From Octopus sinensis (lineage: Eukaryota), in contig NC_043002.1 of NCBI RefSeq assembly GCF_006345805.1, forward strand, positions 48,484,001-48,548,000: 64,000 nt of DNA, in the 5' to 3' direction. Positions 12,674 through 24,977 of the stretch are shown here, piece by piece; position 1 is the stretch's first letter, and each line of letters starts with the position of its first letter. The notes under the pieces were generated by a model. It ran no database searches. It was not told the origin of the DNA and saw only the letters and a list, made by a program, of their open reading frames with translations. Both the position numbers and the translations under genes were made by a program.

Positions 12674-12870
12674 ACGGGAAGCTTTATGAAAATAGACAAA
12701 AGACGAAGGCAGGTTTACGGAAATAAACAAAAGACGAAGGCAGGTGGAATACAAACAAACAATTGTATTAGTATGGCCCTCAGGAAATATAAATAAAACA
12801 AGTCTTTAACGTTTCGAGCCTACGCTTTTCAACAGAAAGATACACAGAGAAGAAACACAGAAAGAAGGAG
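12671..12870 (-). mobile_element. Penelope-like terminal-repeat remnant with hammerhead-like motif
   Basis: Homologous to 18097-18260 (ACAAAAGACGAAG...TGTATTAGT...ACGTTTCGAGCCTACGCT). Abuts (TA)n; ACAAAAGACGAAGGCAGGT is duplicated. Confidence 0.7.
12803..12840 (-). ncRNA. Minimal type I hammerhead-ribozyme-like motif (core CUGUUGA)
   Basis: Minus strand reads TCTTT-CTGTTGA-AAAGC-GTAG-GCTC-GAAAC-GTT-AAAGA: 5-bp stem I, stem II, GAAA, palindromic ACGT stem III. Confidence 0.55.
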
Positions 12871-13465
12871 CACATTTTAAACTAAGATTTAACTTGATTT
12901 TTCACCTAACTTCAAAGCATTATATTGATATTAAAGGCGTAGCATCGCTTAATTAGTCTCCAGTACAAAACTGGTACTTAATGCATTGATTCTACTGGTG
13001 GGATTCTTTCTAAAAATATACCATTATTACTGAAAAGTCTAATTTCCAAAACATTTCAAATTTAAATACATTTAATGAGATTCTGAAATCTCTTCTCGGC
13101 ATTGGTTTCTACATCTCATGAATATATAACTCAATACATGATCTTAGTAAGAATATTTTGCTGCAGTTATTTCAAAAGAAAATTGAAATTTTTAATGAAG
13201 AAATTTGAATTCCTAAGATAGAAAATTGAAAGAATCAGTGAAGTGCATACATAATGCCTCTCTTAAAAAGTGAAGGAGATAGTTCTAAATGTAGTTTTTA
13301 ATTGTTGATTCTAAGTTGTCATCTTGCTTAATTGAGCAATTTTGCAATATCGCTTTCCCACATATATTTTGGAGAAAAACTAGATCATTTTCCAGAAGCA
13401 TGGTTATTTACCTTCAGAAATAATGGATAAAGTTAGTAAAATATTGAAAAGTCAAGTTATTAACT

Positions 13466-13625
13466 GATGCTGATAATGTTGTTGATGACGATGATGATGA
13501 TAATAATGATGATGACGACGACGACGACAACGGCGAAGAAAAAGAAAAAGAAGAAGAAAAAGAAAAAGAAAAAGAAGAAGAAGAAGAAGAAGAAGAAGAA
13601 GAAGAAGAAGAAGAAGAAGAAGAAG

Positions 13626-13655
<30 letters not shown>
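13466..13655 (+). repeat. Compound trinucleotide microsatellite ending in (GAA)27
   Basis: GAT/GAC/AAT triplets grade into GAA/AAA triplets; uninterrupted GAA from 13574 to 13654. Confidence 0.95.
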
Positions 13656-13656
<1 letters not shown>

Positions 13657-14344
13657 TTTTGATTAAAAATCACTGACGCTTGCTAAATGAAAAAAAAACC
13701 TGAAAATCATTAAAGAAGATTGATGTAGACTCAAGCAGAAAAAGACGAGCAATTTCATCGTAAATTTTAGTTTGATTTTTATATTTAATGTTAATTTTTA
13801 TATTTACGCCGTTATTGTAGATAAAATAGCCAGCATCAGCCATAGGTAAGAAGAATGCGAAACAGCTAAAATAGTGAAACAAATGGTGTAGTTAAAAAGA
13901 GGTCATTGATTGCTAAATTACAAACAAAAATAAACGAAACATACAGAATAAGTAACAAATCTTGTTGTATTCAATGGAGTTAGTATAGACAGGAAGCCAT
14001 CTAGCGACTGAATATTAAAGAGATTTTCATGTAAGAGCAGCAGTATATTAAATGATTGTGATAGGCACTTTTGTCATTATTGATTTCTGTATGAAATAGG
14101 AGCGAGGTTATGATGCCAAGTCTGCTATGCTGAGCAGCTTTAATTACTTCCAGCTATATTATCTTGAGTAAACTGAATCTCATTCAAATATTGACACTCA
14201 ACAAAGTTTCAACTTGAACAAAACTGCAAAATAAACTGACACTTCCTAACAGCGAATTATCTATCTTATTGTCACTAGAAAACAAATGACAGGCCTTATT
14301 GTCACGAGAGTATAATATATAGCTTAGAATGTCCCACAATGCTT

Positions 14345-14519
14345 ATATATTACTATATATAAACGTATATATATATGAATGTATATATGTATATATATAT
14401 ATGAATGTATTTATGTAAATATATATATTTATGAATGTATATATGTATATATATATATATATGAATGTATATATATATATATATGAATGTATATATATAT
14501 ATATATATATATGATGTAT

Positions 14520-14571
<52 letters not shown>

Positions 14572-14640
14572 TGTATATATATATATGAATGTATATATAT
14601 ATATATGAATGTATATATGTATATATATATATATATATGA

Positions 14641-14675
<35 letters not shown>
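14345..14675. repeat. (TA)n-derived higher-order repeat with recurring GAATGT interruptions
   Basis: Repeated units of (AT)nGAATGT. Confidence 0.9.
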
Positions 14676-14676
<1 letters not shown>

Positions 14677-14679
<3 letters not shown>

Positions 14680-14810
14680 TTTTATTCTTTTACTTGTTTC
14701 AGTCATTCGACTGGGGCCATGGTGGAGCACCGCCTTTTTTATTCGAACAAATCGATCTCAGGACTTATTTTATCCGTTTCTTTGTCCAAACCACTAAGTT
14801 ATGGGGACTT
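14677..14810 (-). mobile_element. 3' fragment of SINE family B
   Basis: TCTTTTATTCTTTTACTTGTTTCAGTCATT...GGAGCACCGCC is the reverse complement of the family B tail. Confidence 0.8.
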
Positions 14811-14814
14811 AATA

Positions 14815-14865
<51 letters not shown>

Positions 14866-15076
14866 TATATATATGTGTGTGTGTAAGTAAAGACAGAGAT
14901 ATAGTGAGAGATTATGTGTGTGTGTGCGTGTGTGTGGTTAGGGTGTTGAACTTTCAATTATAGAATCGTGAGTTCAATTTCTCGTAGCTCGTATCATCCT
15001 CCTTTTCATGACTTTTTTCTAGTTTGCTCAGCAGAAAAAATACTGTCAGCCAACAGGGGGTGCAGTTCTCTCTCTC

Positions 15077-15139
<63 letters not shown>

Positions 15140-15319
15140 ACACACACACACACACGAACACATTCTCTAGTTGTCACTGAGATGTTCTGCTGGAACAAGT
15201 GAGGAAGAGGCTCATGAAAACTTAATACAGTAAGTAAAAGCAAGATACATGCTACCAAAGTTCTCGTTACTTAAGGCTTCAACAAAAGAAGCTGATAATA
15301 TAAGAGTCACACTTTAAAA

Positions 15320-15410
15320 TGTAAGTACTGGGTTCAATTCGTTCGGCTAAAATTCTTCAAGGTGGTGCTCCAGCATGGCAATGACTGAAACAATTAAGAG
15401 ATAAGAGATA
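15320..15410 (+). mobile_element. 3' fragment of SINE family B
   Basis: AAGTACTGGG...GGTGGTGCTCCAGCATGGC..TGACTGAAACAA. Confidence 0.7.
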
Positions 15411-16518
15411 TGAATCAACAACACAAAATATGATTAAATTGTAAACAAAATATATCTCGTTACATTCTTTCATTGTAAAATATGGGAAAAGGAATAACGT
15501 TGAGCAAAATAAATGCAAATATCATGGCGTGTGTGAGTGTGTCTTCCTGCGTGCGTGCCTGTATGTTCGTCTGTGTGTGTGTCTATATGTGTACGTGCGC
15601 GTTATATGCGACAGAAGCGGTATTTGTTTAAAATGACAATCTGTGTATCATATTTAAAGCAGATACATCAGAGAAAGCCTAATTAACTGCAATATTCGTT
15701 CAGCGTTAAGAAGACACAAAAATATCTCTGTAGCAGAAGAAAATCGTCCAGCAATATTAACGGTGTGCTAAATATGCTTTTCTGCCTCCCTGCGCTTTGT
15801 CAGCAACAAGTATAATACATCTTGTCGAAAGCCTACAACTAATAATCAAAAACTTCCCCAAGAAATTTTAAAATCTTGAATAACAGGCAATTTATATAAC
15901 TCAATAAAATCATATACTGAATGTCTGAAACAGAAAACGCAGTATTGGAAGGGACCTGATATCGAAACCAACTAACAAGCAAAAGCAATAAGCAATTTTG
16001 TTTGTTGCATCTCCTCATCTTAGCATATTCTACACATTTGGCCAGAGATTATCAGTATAAACAGAAGTACAGGAAAGGTAATGGATGTTGATTACAAATA
16101 TCAATAACATGGGAGAGTTAAAATATCTTTGTGAAGCTTTCTGCTAAATAAACACAAATACGGTTTGCTCTTATGTAATATAAGAATTTGAAAAGCTACG
16201 ATTAACAGTAGTTATTCCTGCAATTGATTGATTAAAGTTTTTCTCTCTCTCTATGTGTGTAAATCTTAAAACCAACTAAGAGGAGAAATAACTCCAATAA
16301 AATCGATTGAAGTTTTAGAACATATGGAAAAGCATTTGACCATTAAGTTCATTGATGAAAGCAGCGCGTATGTTTTGGTGTTATTTGATCTCATCAACGA
16401 ATAGTATTGTACAATCATCAAGACCAAGAGTGATATATACATACAGGCAAACATGTATATATATGTATGTATACATATACATATGCATATATATATATAT
16501 ACATATACATATGCATAT

Positions 16519-16587
<69 letters not shown>

Positions 16588-17343
16588 GCTGTGATCAATA
16601 GTAAAAGTGGTCCAAAGTAATGTGTGAATCATTTCTTTATTGATATACAGATATAAAAGGTTTTCGAGATTTCGAAAGAAAATGAGATGAAATATTGTTT
16701 AAATATTTTTATATTGTTTCTTGTGTATGTGTGCGTGTGTGTGTGTGCGTGTTGTTTAGTGTTGGAAAAGCAAACTTTGTCTCTGTCTAAATAGGGAATG
16801 AATGCATGCGTTTATTGGTAGTTTAAGATGTAGTTTATCATTGACAGGTTATCGAGGTAGTGTGGCACATGAAAACTTGTTCTGAACAAAAATGTTCCAT
16901 CGAGTGAAATAATTTAGCTCTTAGTGTACATATTTAGTTATAGGTGTACTGTGCGAGTGCGTGAATGCGAGCCTGCATCTGCGTACATATTAGCCAGTGA
17001 CCATATAAATATCGGCTTACATGCACAAACACATACACACAGATACGCACATATAAGATATACGCTTGCACGCAGAAAAGAGTATACTCACATAAAGAAT
17101 ACACCTATATATGTATGCATAGGAGCAAACATACGCGACCGTGTTTAGAATTAATAAAAGAGTAGCAAAAATAAAAGAAATGGCAAGAAAACAAAACGAA
17201 ATCTTGTTTTCTTGAAATATCATCAATGAAATATCATCAACCACAGAAATACTTGTCTAACTTGTGTGTTAGTTTCCATGTGGTAGTAAATCCAGGCAAA
17301 TGTAATTTTTTACCAGCTATATAAATTTACAGCTCTTCGACCT

Positions 17344-17399
17344 GTAACTAGTTTGATAAATGCCAACGCACGAAATTCTTGACCATTGAGTCACTCTAC
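17344..17399 (+). ncRNA. Type I hammerhead-ribozyme-like motif with U3-A8 core variant
   Basis: AGT-TTGATAA-ATGC-CAAC-GCAC-GAAA-TTC-TTGACCATT-GAG-TC-ACT: stem I AGT/ACT, stem II, GAAA, stem III, GUC triplet. Second homologous copy at 36361. Confidence 0.6.
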
Positions 17400-17436
17400 T
17401 GCTTCTGCTAATATTAATAAACATATATGCATATAT

Positions 17437-17495
<59 letters not shown>

Positions 17496-17530
17496 CATAT
17501 GCATATACATATATATACATATACATATGC

Positions 17531-17595
<65 letters not shown>

Positions 17596-17859
17596 GGTCA
17601 TAAACTCGAAATATTGAATACAAGGTAAGTCTTCATTAATTCACATATTTGTTTTCTTGTGATTTATATCGCACTGCATTTATACACCATATGTGTGTGT
17701 GTGTGTGTGTGTGCGAGTGTTGATAGTAATGTTAAGATAACAAAAGAATGTAAGAGACCACGATATTATGTAAATAGAGGAATTTATTTGTAATATAATA
17801 TGCGACAATTATTCGGTTGCCATAATAAAACTCCGAATAATTATCACATATTATAGTAC

Positions 17860-18080
17860 CAACATGTGATCTCTTGAGCACCACCAGCAAAAATATTTTT
17901 TCCTCTGTCTTCCCTTCTTGGGATCTTTCCTTCTCCTTGTTTCCGACGAAGAGCTCCGCTCGAAACGTTAAACCCTCCTTCCCTTCTTTCCTGAGCGTCA
18001 ATAATACTTTAATTGTTCCACGTCCTCGCGTTGCTGTGTTTTTTTTCTCTTTTTTTCTGTGTTTTCTTGTTTGGATTAAA
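17860..18080 (+). mobile_element. Penelope-like terminal-repeat fragment with minimal hammerhead motif
   Basis: Pyrimidine-rich segment containing GTTT-CCGACGA-AGAGC-TCC-GCTC-GAAACGTT-AAAC, ending at a (TA)n tract. Confidence 0.65.
17939..17973 (+). ncRNA. Minimal type I hammerhead-ribozyme-like motif (core CCGACGA)
   Basis: Perfect 4-bp stem I GTTT/AAAC, stem II GAGC/GCTC, GAAA, loopless palindromic stem III ACGT, GUU triplet. Confidence 0.6.
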
Positions 18081-18096
18081 TATATATATATATATA

Positions 18097-19012
18097 TTGT
18101 GAGAATTTACAAAGAAAAACAAAAGACGAAGACGCGTGTATAAACAACAAACAGATGTATTAGTTTAACGCTCGGGAAGTGAGAAAGTCTTCTACGTTTC
18201 GAGCCTACGCTCTTCGAGAGAAAGGAATGCAGAAATAAACAGGGAAAGAAAATAGAAAAAGGTTTACTGGCTAATGATCTATTATAGCTAGGAAGAAGGG
18301 GAGATAATAAAGCAGTGGTTATCCCAAAGCAAAGGTTCGCGTGCGTGCGGATGTGACAGCGTGTATATGCGTGTGGATGGGGGTTGGTGACGTTGACGTG
18401 TGCGTGTGTGCATGTGTAGGTATGTGGATGATGGGAAATGGTCAGTGCTAGTATGTGCGCTGGTGTGGTGTAATGTGGTGTGGTATGGTGGTTTGTGGTG
18501 TTGTGTGGTAGTGTGGGGGGGTGCGGTGGTGTGTGGTTTGGGTGGTGGTGTTGGGGTGTTGGGGAGGCGAGAGTGGGGGAAGCAAGGGTGGGGTCTTAGG
18601 GATGGGGATGGGATGGTATGTATAGGGATAGTGTGGTTAGAATGTGTAGGGGTTTGAGTGACGATGAAGGGAGAGGGTGGAAGGGAGAAGGTGGGTAGGA
18701 GTGAAGACAGGATGTGAGTGCCAGAGCAAGAGAGGGGAGGTAGGTGGGAGGAAGTAGGTGTGAGAGGAAGAGAGGAGAGAGGAGGAGGGTTAGATGAAGA
18801 GGGAAGGAGAGTTGAGCTCATGTGGCGCCATGGAGCGAAGAGAGAAGATTAATCCCTGCTCACGGCGAAGACGGGAGTCCTGATGGCCCCTGTACAAGAA
18901 CAATCCGAACACAGACAGGTGTTGTAAAGAGTGACCGGTTGAGCGGAAATGGCGCGAGATAGGGGTGTCGTTGCCGAGTCGGATGTCTCGGAGATGTTCT
19001 ACGAACCGGACA
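18097..19012 (-). mobile_element. 5'-truncated Penelope-like retroelement
   Basis: Order on the minus strand: endonuclease C-terminus, C-rich low-complexity tract (ORF 18288-18821), hammerhead-like CTCTCGA-AGAGCGTAGGCTC-GAAACGTA at 18193-18220, then a 3' end abutting (TA)n. Confidence 0.8.
18790..19008 (-). pseudogene. C-terminal part of a Penelope-type GIY-YIG endonuclease
   Basis: Open 72-aa frame RFVEHLRDIRLGNDTPISRHFRSTGHSLQHLSVFGLFLYRGHQDSRLRREQGLIFSLRSMAPHELNSPSLFI*, with the R..EH, HF...H, R..RE...I and P.(G)LN motifs of this domain. Confidence 0.8.
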
Positions 19013-19214
19013 AATAATTTTTAAATTTTAACTTTTATATTTTTTTAATTAATTTTATTTCTATGCATTGGCTTATGATTTTTCACTGATTGATTTGCCT
19101 AATAGTGGTTTTATCTCTAATTTAATATAATATATTTATACTATAAAATTGGATTTAATCCTAAATCTAATTTTTCCCTGTAAGTTTGGATTTACTCCCT
19201 AATATTATTATTAT

Positions 19215-19413
19215 TATATATATATATATATATAATAATATATATATATATATATATGATAATATATATATATATTTATATATAATATGATAATATATAT
19301 ATTTATATATATATGATAATATATATATATTTATATATATATATATGATAATATATATATTTATATAGATTAATATGATAATATATATATAGTAATATAT
19401 ATATATGTATATG

Positions 19414-19461
<48 letters not shown>

Positions 19462-19590
19462 ATATGATATATATATATATTTATATATATATATATGATA
19501 ATATATATATAATGTATATGATAATATATATATATATATGATAAAAAATAATATATATATATGATAATATATATATATATGATACATATT

Positions 19591-19643
<53 letters not shown>

Positions 19644-19660
19644 AATATACATATGATAAT
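19215..19660. repeat. (TA)n-derived higher-order repeat with recurring GATAAT interruptions
   Basis: Repeated (AT)nGATAAT units. Confidence 0.9.
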
Positions 19661-20356
19661 ATACAATTTATTGAGCGTTAAGTGTATAACGCCTTATAAA
19701 CGTCAGTTGCAGGAAAGATAGTCATAGAGTATTTTTCATTTCAATAGGATTCTCCATGTTGTGCTCCGGATCACAAAATTGAACTATTATATAAGCCCGG
19801 AAGTCAAAGCAGTCGTTACGGTCCGAGTACTTAATGTGTTATTGCAAGTCAATCATAATTTAACTCTATTTCCTAGTATATATCAGTGTTCTCTTTCCTC
19901 TTTCTCTCTTACTTTTCTCTCTCTTTCTCTTTCACTGTTACTTAATATCTATGTGCGCATGTGCGTGTCTACACACACGCGCATGGGCATCCATAGAAAC
20001 AATGTATCTGCATATATGATGTGATGAACGTGCGCATCTATGTCACCATGTGTTTTTCAGGTACCCCTGAGTTATAAATTCGAGTTAGCTATGGAATTGG
20101 AGAACTACAGTTTGTCTATAAAGAATAAAACACTTGCAATCTGAACTTCTAGGATGTGTTCATATATTTTTTTTCTCTTTTTTTCTCTTCTATACAGAGT
20201 CGATAATTTAGTAAATGTTCATAAAACTGTTTAATATGGAACAGTTATTTTTTGTTTTAGATATGTTAAATTATATATGTTTAATCTGAAGTAACTCCAA
20301 TAATTAATTATCCCCTAGAAACTCAACTTTAACATATACATATCTTATCTATATGG

Positions 20357-20480
20357 TCAGATGTTCTGAATTGCCGTAGCAGTCTTCTTATCCTCACACC
20401 GGTATCCTGTGTCTTCCACAGGTTGATCGATATATTTTCTTGGTCTACCAATATCTGAATGCCCATGCTCATCTTTGTCT
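20357..20480 (-). mobile_element. Possible RTE-group LINE C-terminal relic
   Basis: GRPRKYIDQPVEDTGYRCEDKKTA resembles the GRP..TYIDQL.EDTG...EDL..AM end of RTE-type ORF2. Confidence 0.4.
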
Positions 20481-20760
20481 TCCGATAATTCTATTCTATA
20501 GACATGGACATAGATATATTCCAGAAAATTATTGAACACAATATTCGTTTCAGTCATCGGAAACAAACGAGAAAACCAACATTTTTACGGAACTGGCTGT
20601 AGTATCAATAACCGCTCTATTTCCAATCAATTTGGTTCGGAGTGTGGCATCCTACCATCCATAAATGCAACTAACACTCACTGTCTACCTAGCTCTGTTC
20701 CTACTGTAGACACCACCAGAGTATGCAGACGTACAGAAAAGAACTAGGTGTACAGAAATG

Positions 20761-20975
20761 AAGACGGCGAGCTGGCAGAAACACTAGCACGCCGGGCGAA
20801 ATGCTGAGCGGTATTTCGACTGCCACTACGTTCTGAGTTCTAATTCCGCCGAGGCCGACTTTGCCTTTCATCCTTTCGGGATCGATAAAATAAGTACCAG
20901 TTACGCATATACCGTTTGTCTGTCCTTGTTTGTCCCCTGTGTGTGTAGCCACTTGTGGGCAGTAAAGACATAAGA
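20761..20975 (+). mobile_element. SINE family A with the alternative 3' tail
   Basis: Family A head and central domain; tail TGTCCTTGTTTGTCCCC...TAGCCACTTGTGGGCAGTAAAGA as in 10333-10400, unlike the CCTTGTGCC tail of other copies. Confidence 0.9.
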
Positions 20976-21651
20976 AAAGAACTAGCCAGTAAAAAGTGGA
21001 CAACACACCCACGCTATCTCATTTCATCCCATACGAGTCATTAAGGCAAGCCAGAATGTGCGATTTGCTTATCGGGTAGAAGAGACGTAACTTAGAAGAT
21101 AGATCTGTATATCGGATTCGTCGTTTGGACGACTATCTATGAGTCGTAGGTCTACTTGATCGCATATATCTGGGCCTAAACAACAACAAAAACATCAACA
21201 AACGTACGGCCTATTAGACTAGATTATATAAATTACAGCTGATGGCCTATTGATATAGAATTGGTGAAGAGATGTGAATTCGACCCACAACAGTCCTACT
21301 TAGTTTACTCTTTCATTTCATGTAAACCGAATTTCTTTTCCTATTTCGAAGATGTTAACACGTATATACAGTATATAATTTAAGCTAATTCATGCAGACA
21401 CATCCGAGTAAAACTGTTATTATGCCCAATTAAACTGAAATAATTCTGGATAAGATCGGTAGCATCCATGAATAAGTATTTATTTGTATTCAAGCTATAT
21501 TAAGACCCGCACACACATACACACAAACACATGTCTATTCGTATGTTTATGTACACTCACACACACACGCGTATATATATATATGAATGTGTATATATAT
21601 GTAGGTATATAGGTATGTATATTTATGTGTGCGTGTAATATATATATATAT

Positions 21652-21683
<32 letters not shown>

Positions 21684-22144
21684 TATATGTTTATATATAT
21701 ACATACAAATATATATATATATGCGTATGTATGTATTATGTGTATCTATATATATAATTTTATACACATAATTGTGTTAATATATATTTGTATGTATATA
21801 TATATGTATATATATATAAACAAGCACATATATACAATATAGGTATACATATATAAATATATATAGTTATAAATATTTATATATATTTATGTATGTATAT
21901 GTATAGAGAGGGAGAAAGAGTGTGAAGTAGTGATGCGGATAAACAATTAGGCTTGGAAAACGCGCGCGCGCGCACACTCACAGGCACTCACTCACAGACA
22001 CACACACACATATATGGGGGGGAGGGAGAGAGATAGAGAGACAAACATACAGACAAACAAATAGACAAACATATAGACAGATAGATAGGTAGATAGATAG
22101 AGAGAGATCTACATATACACAGAAAGACAAACACATATTCACTT

Positions 22145-22177
<33 letters not shown>

Positions 22178-22330
22178 TACAAAGTATGGGGGTTTAATTC
22201 ACAGGTGATCTAAACAATTAGGTACGCTAGGTAAATGGATATATATTGTTAAAGAGGACAACAAACATTAAGGCAAAGCAAAGATCTCAGGTCGTATACA
22301 ATATTATTATTGGAATATATATATGTATAT

Positions 22331-22383
<53 letters not shown>

Positions 22384-22467
22384 GTATATGTCTGTATTAT
22401 GATTATGTATATATATAATATATATATATCTTTCTACCTATCAATCTATCTATATATATATATATAA

Positions 22468-22507
<40 letters not shown>

Positions 22508-22529
22508 ACACACAAATAAATTACATATG

Positions 22530-23528
22530 CAGTAATACCTGGCAGTACAAGTTTAATTCGTTCCATGACTGACCTCGTTTTACGATTTACTCGTTTTACA
22601 AACCAATTTTTCCCCATTGAAATTAACTAAAATATAATTAATCCGTTCCACCCACGAAAAGCTATCACAAAATAATTTTTTATGAGTTTTAAAACAGCAA
22701 AGGTGTAGTTACAAGTAAAATGAAAATTATAAAAAAATGAGAATGCATAGAAAATATGTAAACTGGTTTTATCAACTGAATTACCCTAAAGATGGGACGA
22801 TTTGTGCACGAAGTAGACGATAGAGCGTGTAGGAGGTGGAATACTGTTTGGAAGGAGATAATCATTCTATTAAGACTTCAAGGAGAACAATTTCTGGCGT
22901 TTTCTCTCTAACTTCGCTTAAGTTAGGCTTTTTGGACACACTTTCTTCGCTTTTTACTTTTGCAGGTTGTTTCATTAGAAAAATCTTAAGAGAAGTCTGC
23001 TTTTTTCTGACGAAATTCACGTGCAATATCTTCAGCTGCTTTCGTGTCAGATCTCGCTGCTTCGCCATACCTGACAAAGCTATGAACACCGGTCCTCTTC
23101 TTGAAATTATCAAACCAGCCGCGACTGTCCGTAAATGCGTCTGCTGATGTCTCCTCCGTCGATGTTCCAGGTTTCTGCTTTAGGAGATCCCCATACAGCG
23201 CTCGTGGTTTCTCGCAGATGATGGTCTCCGTACTCGTATCCCCAGCGAGTTGCTTCTTATTAGGAAGCAATTTTTCCATCCTTTCGTGGACAGATGTGCT
23301 TTGCTCAAAGAGCATGGAGATACACATTGCTGTTGTAACGGCCTTGATGTCATCCTTTATCTTCAGTATGGTGCAGATCGTCGACGTGTTTCGGTCGTAT
23401 TAATGTGCTATGTCCACTACACGCACTCCTCTCTCATGTTTATCAATGATTTCCTTCTTCAGTTCTATCGTCATCTGCTTTTTATTTTTCACAGCACTGT
23501 CCTTTGCATTAAAATGCTTAGAACCCAT
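22530..23528 (-). mobile_element. Tigger/pogo-family transposon relic (CENP-B-type HTH region only)
   Basis: From ATG 23528: MGSKHFNAKDSAVKNKKQMTIELKKEIIDKHERGVRVVDIAH*YDRNTSTICTILK...FTDSRGWFDNFKKRTGVHSFVRYGEAARSD. TIR-like CAGTAATACC at 22530; no DDE domain seen. Confidence 0.85.
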
Positions 23529-23549
23529 TGCAAACACAACTAATTATAA

Positions 23550-23593
<44 letters not shown>

Positions 23594-23602
23594 ACATAGA
23601 GG

Positions 23603-23665
<63 letters not shown>

Positions 23666-23666
23666 C

Positions 23667-23710
<44 letters not shown>
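23603..23710 (+). repeat. (GATA)27 microsatellite
   Basis: Tandem GATA with one GATC variant. Confidence 0.95.
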
Positions 23711-23711
<1 letters not shown>

Positions 23712-24092
23712 ACAGGCAAACAAATAGAAGATATATGTATATGTATACATGAGTTTATCTTTCTGAATAAATGTGAATATATGTGTCAATATGTATCTGT
23801 CTGTCTCTCTCTCGCTGTCTATCTGCCTCTCTCTCTCTCTCTCTCCCAAGCTTATTTGCTTTAATCTGCATCCCTACCACCTTATCAGGTCGCCTTGGAT
23901 TTTTCTTATATTCCCTTTTGATGCCGTGGACCTCATCCAGGAAGAAGAATTCACAGTTCAACTTCATTTGATCACTAGGTGTTTTCTATAATGAGCTTAT
24001 CTAGCTCTTACCTATTGTCTATGTGTACACATTCACATACATACATAATACATACATACATACATACATACATACATACATACATACATACA

Positions 24093-24126
<34 letters not shown>

Positions 24127-24519
24127 CATACATACATTCATACACATATATATCCCAATATATATATATATATATGTATATATATACATACATATATATA
24201 CACATATATAAGTATGTGTGTGAGTTTGTGTGTGTATGCACGTATGTATGTATCTCTGCATACAGACAGACATACATATGCATGAAATTTAGTATTTGTC
24301 AGACTTGATTAATGGATCATAATGACTGAAATTATTTTCAATTTGTTGCTCGTTAAGTAGGTTGCTAAAATTACAGATCCTTCTTCAATAGCAAGTTGTA
24401 AATTTTAAGAGATAGGATTTTTATTTTCTTATTTCCCGGTATTCTTTCAAACTGTTTACGGTGTATGCAAAGAGATCGATCAGAAATAAAATGGAAATGC
24501 AGTACATAAAATTACAGAA

Positions 24520-24552
24520 TAAAAATCGTAATATACATATATATATATACAG

Positions 24553-24619
<67 letters not shown>

Positions 24620-24745
24620 GATATATATAATATATATATTATATATATATATATACAGATATATATATACATATATATATATCTATATATATACCTATAT
24701 ATACATATATATATATACAGATATAGATATATATATACATATTTA

Positions 24746-24790
<45 letters not shown>

Positions 24791-24946
24791 ATATATATAA
24801 CATATATATACATATATTATATATTATACATATAGATATATATACATATATATATATACATATATATATATATACATATATATATATACATATATATATA
24901 CATATATATATACATATATATATATACATATACATATATTATATAT

Positions 24947-24977
<31 letters not shown>

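Noticed and set aside
16270-16392. Frame VLEHMEKHL...[15 protein letters not shown], possibly a CR1 RT remnant
   Set aside because: Similarity is too weak to call without an HMM search.
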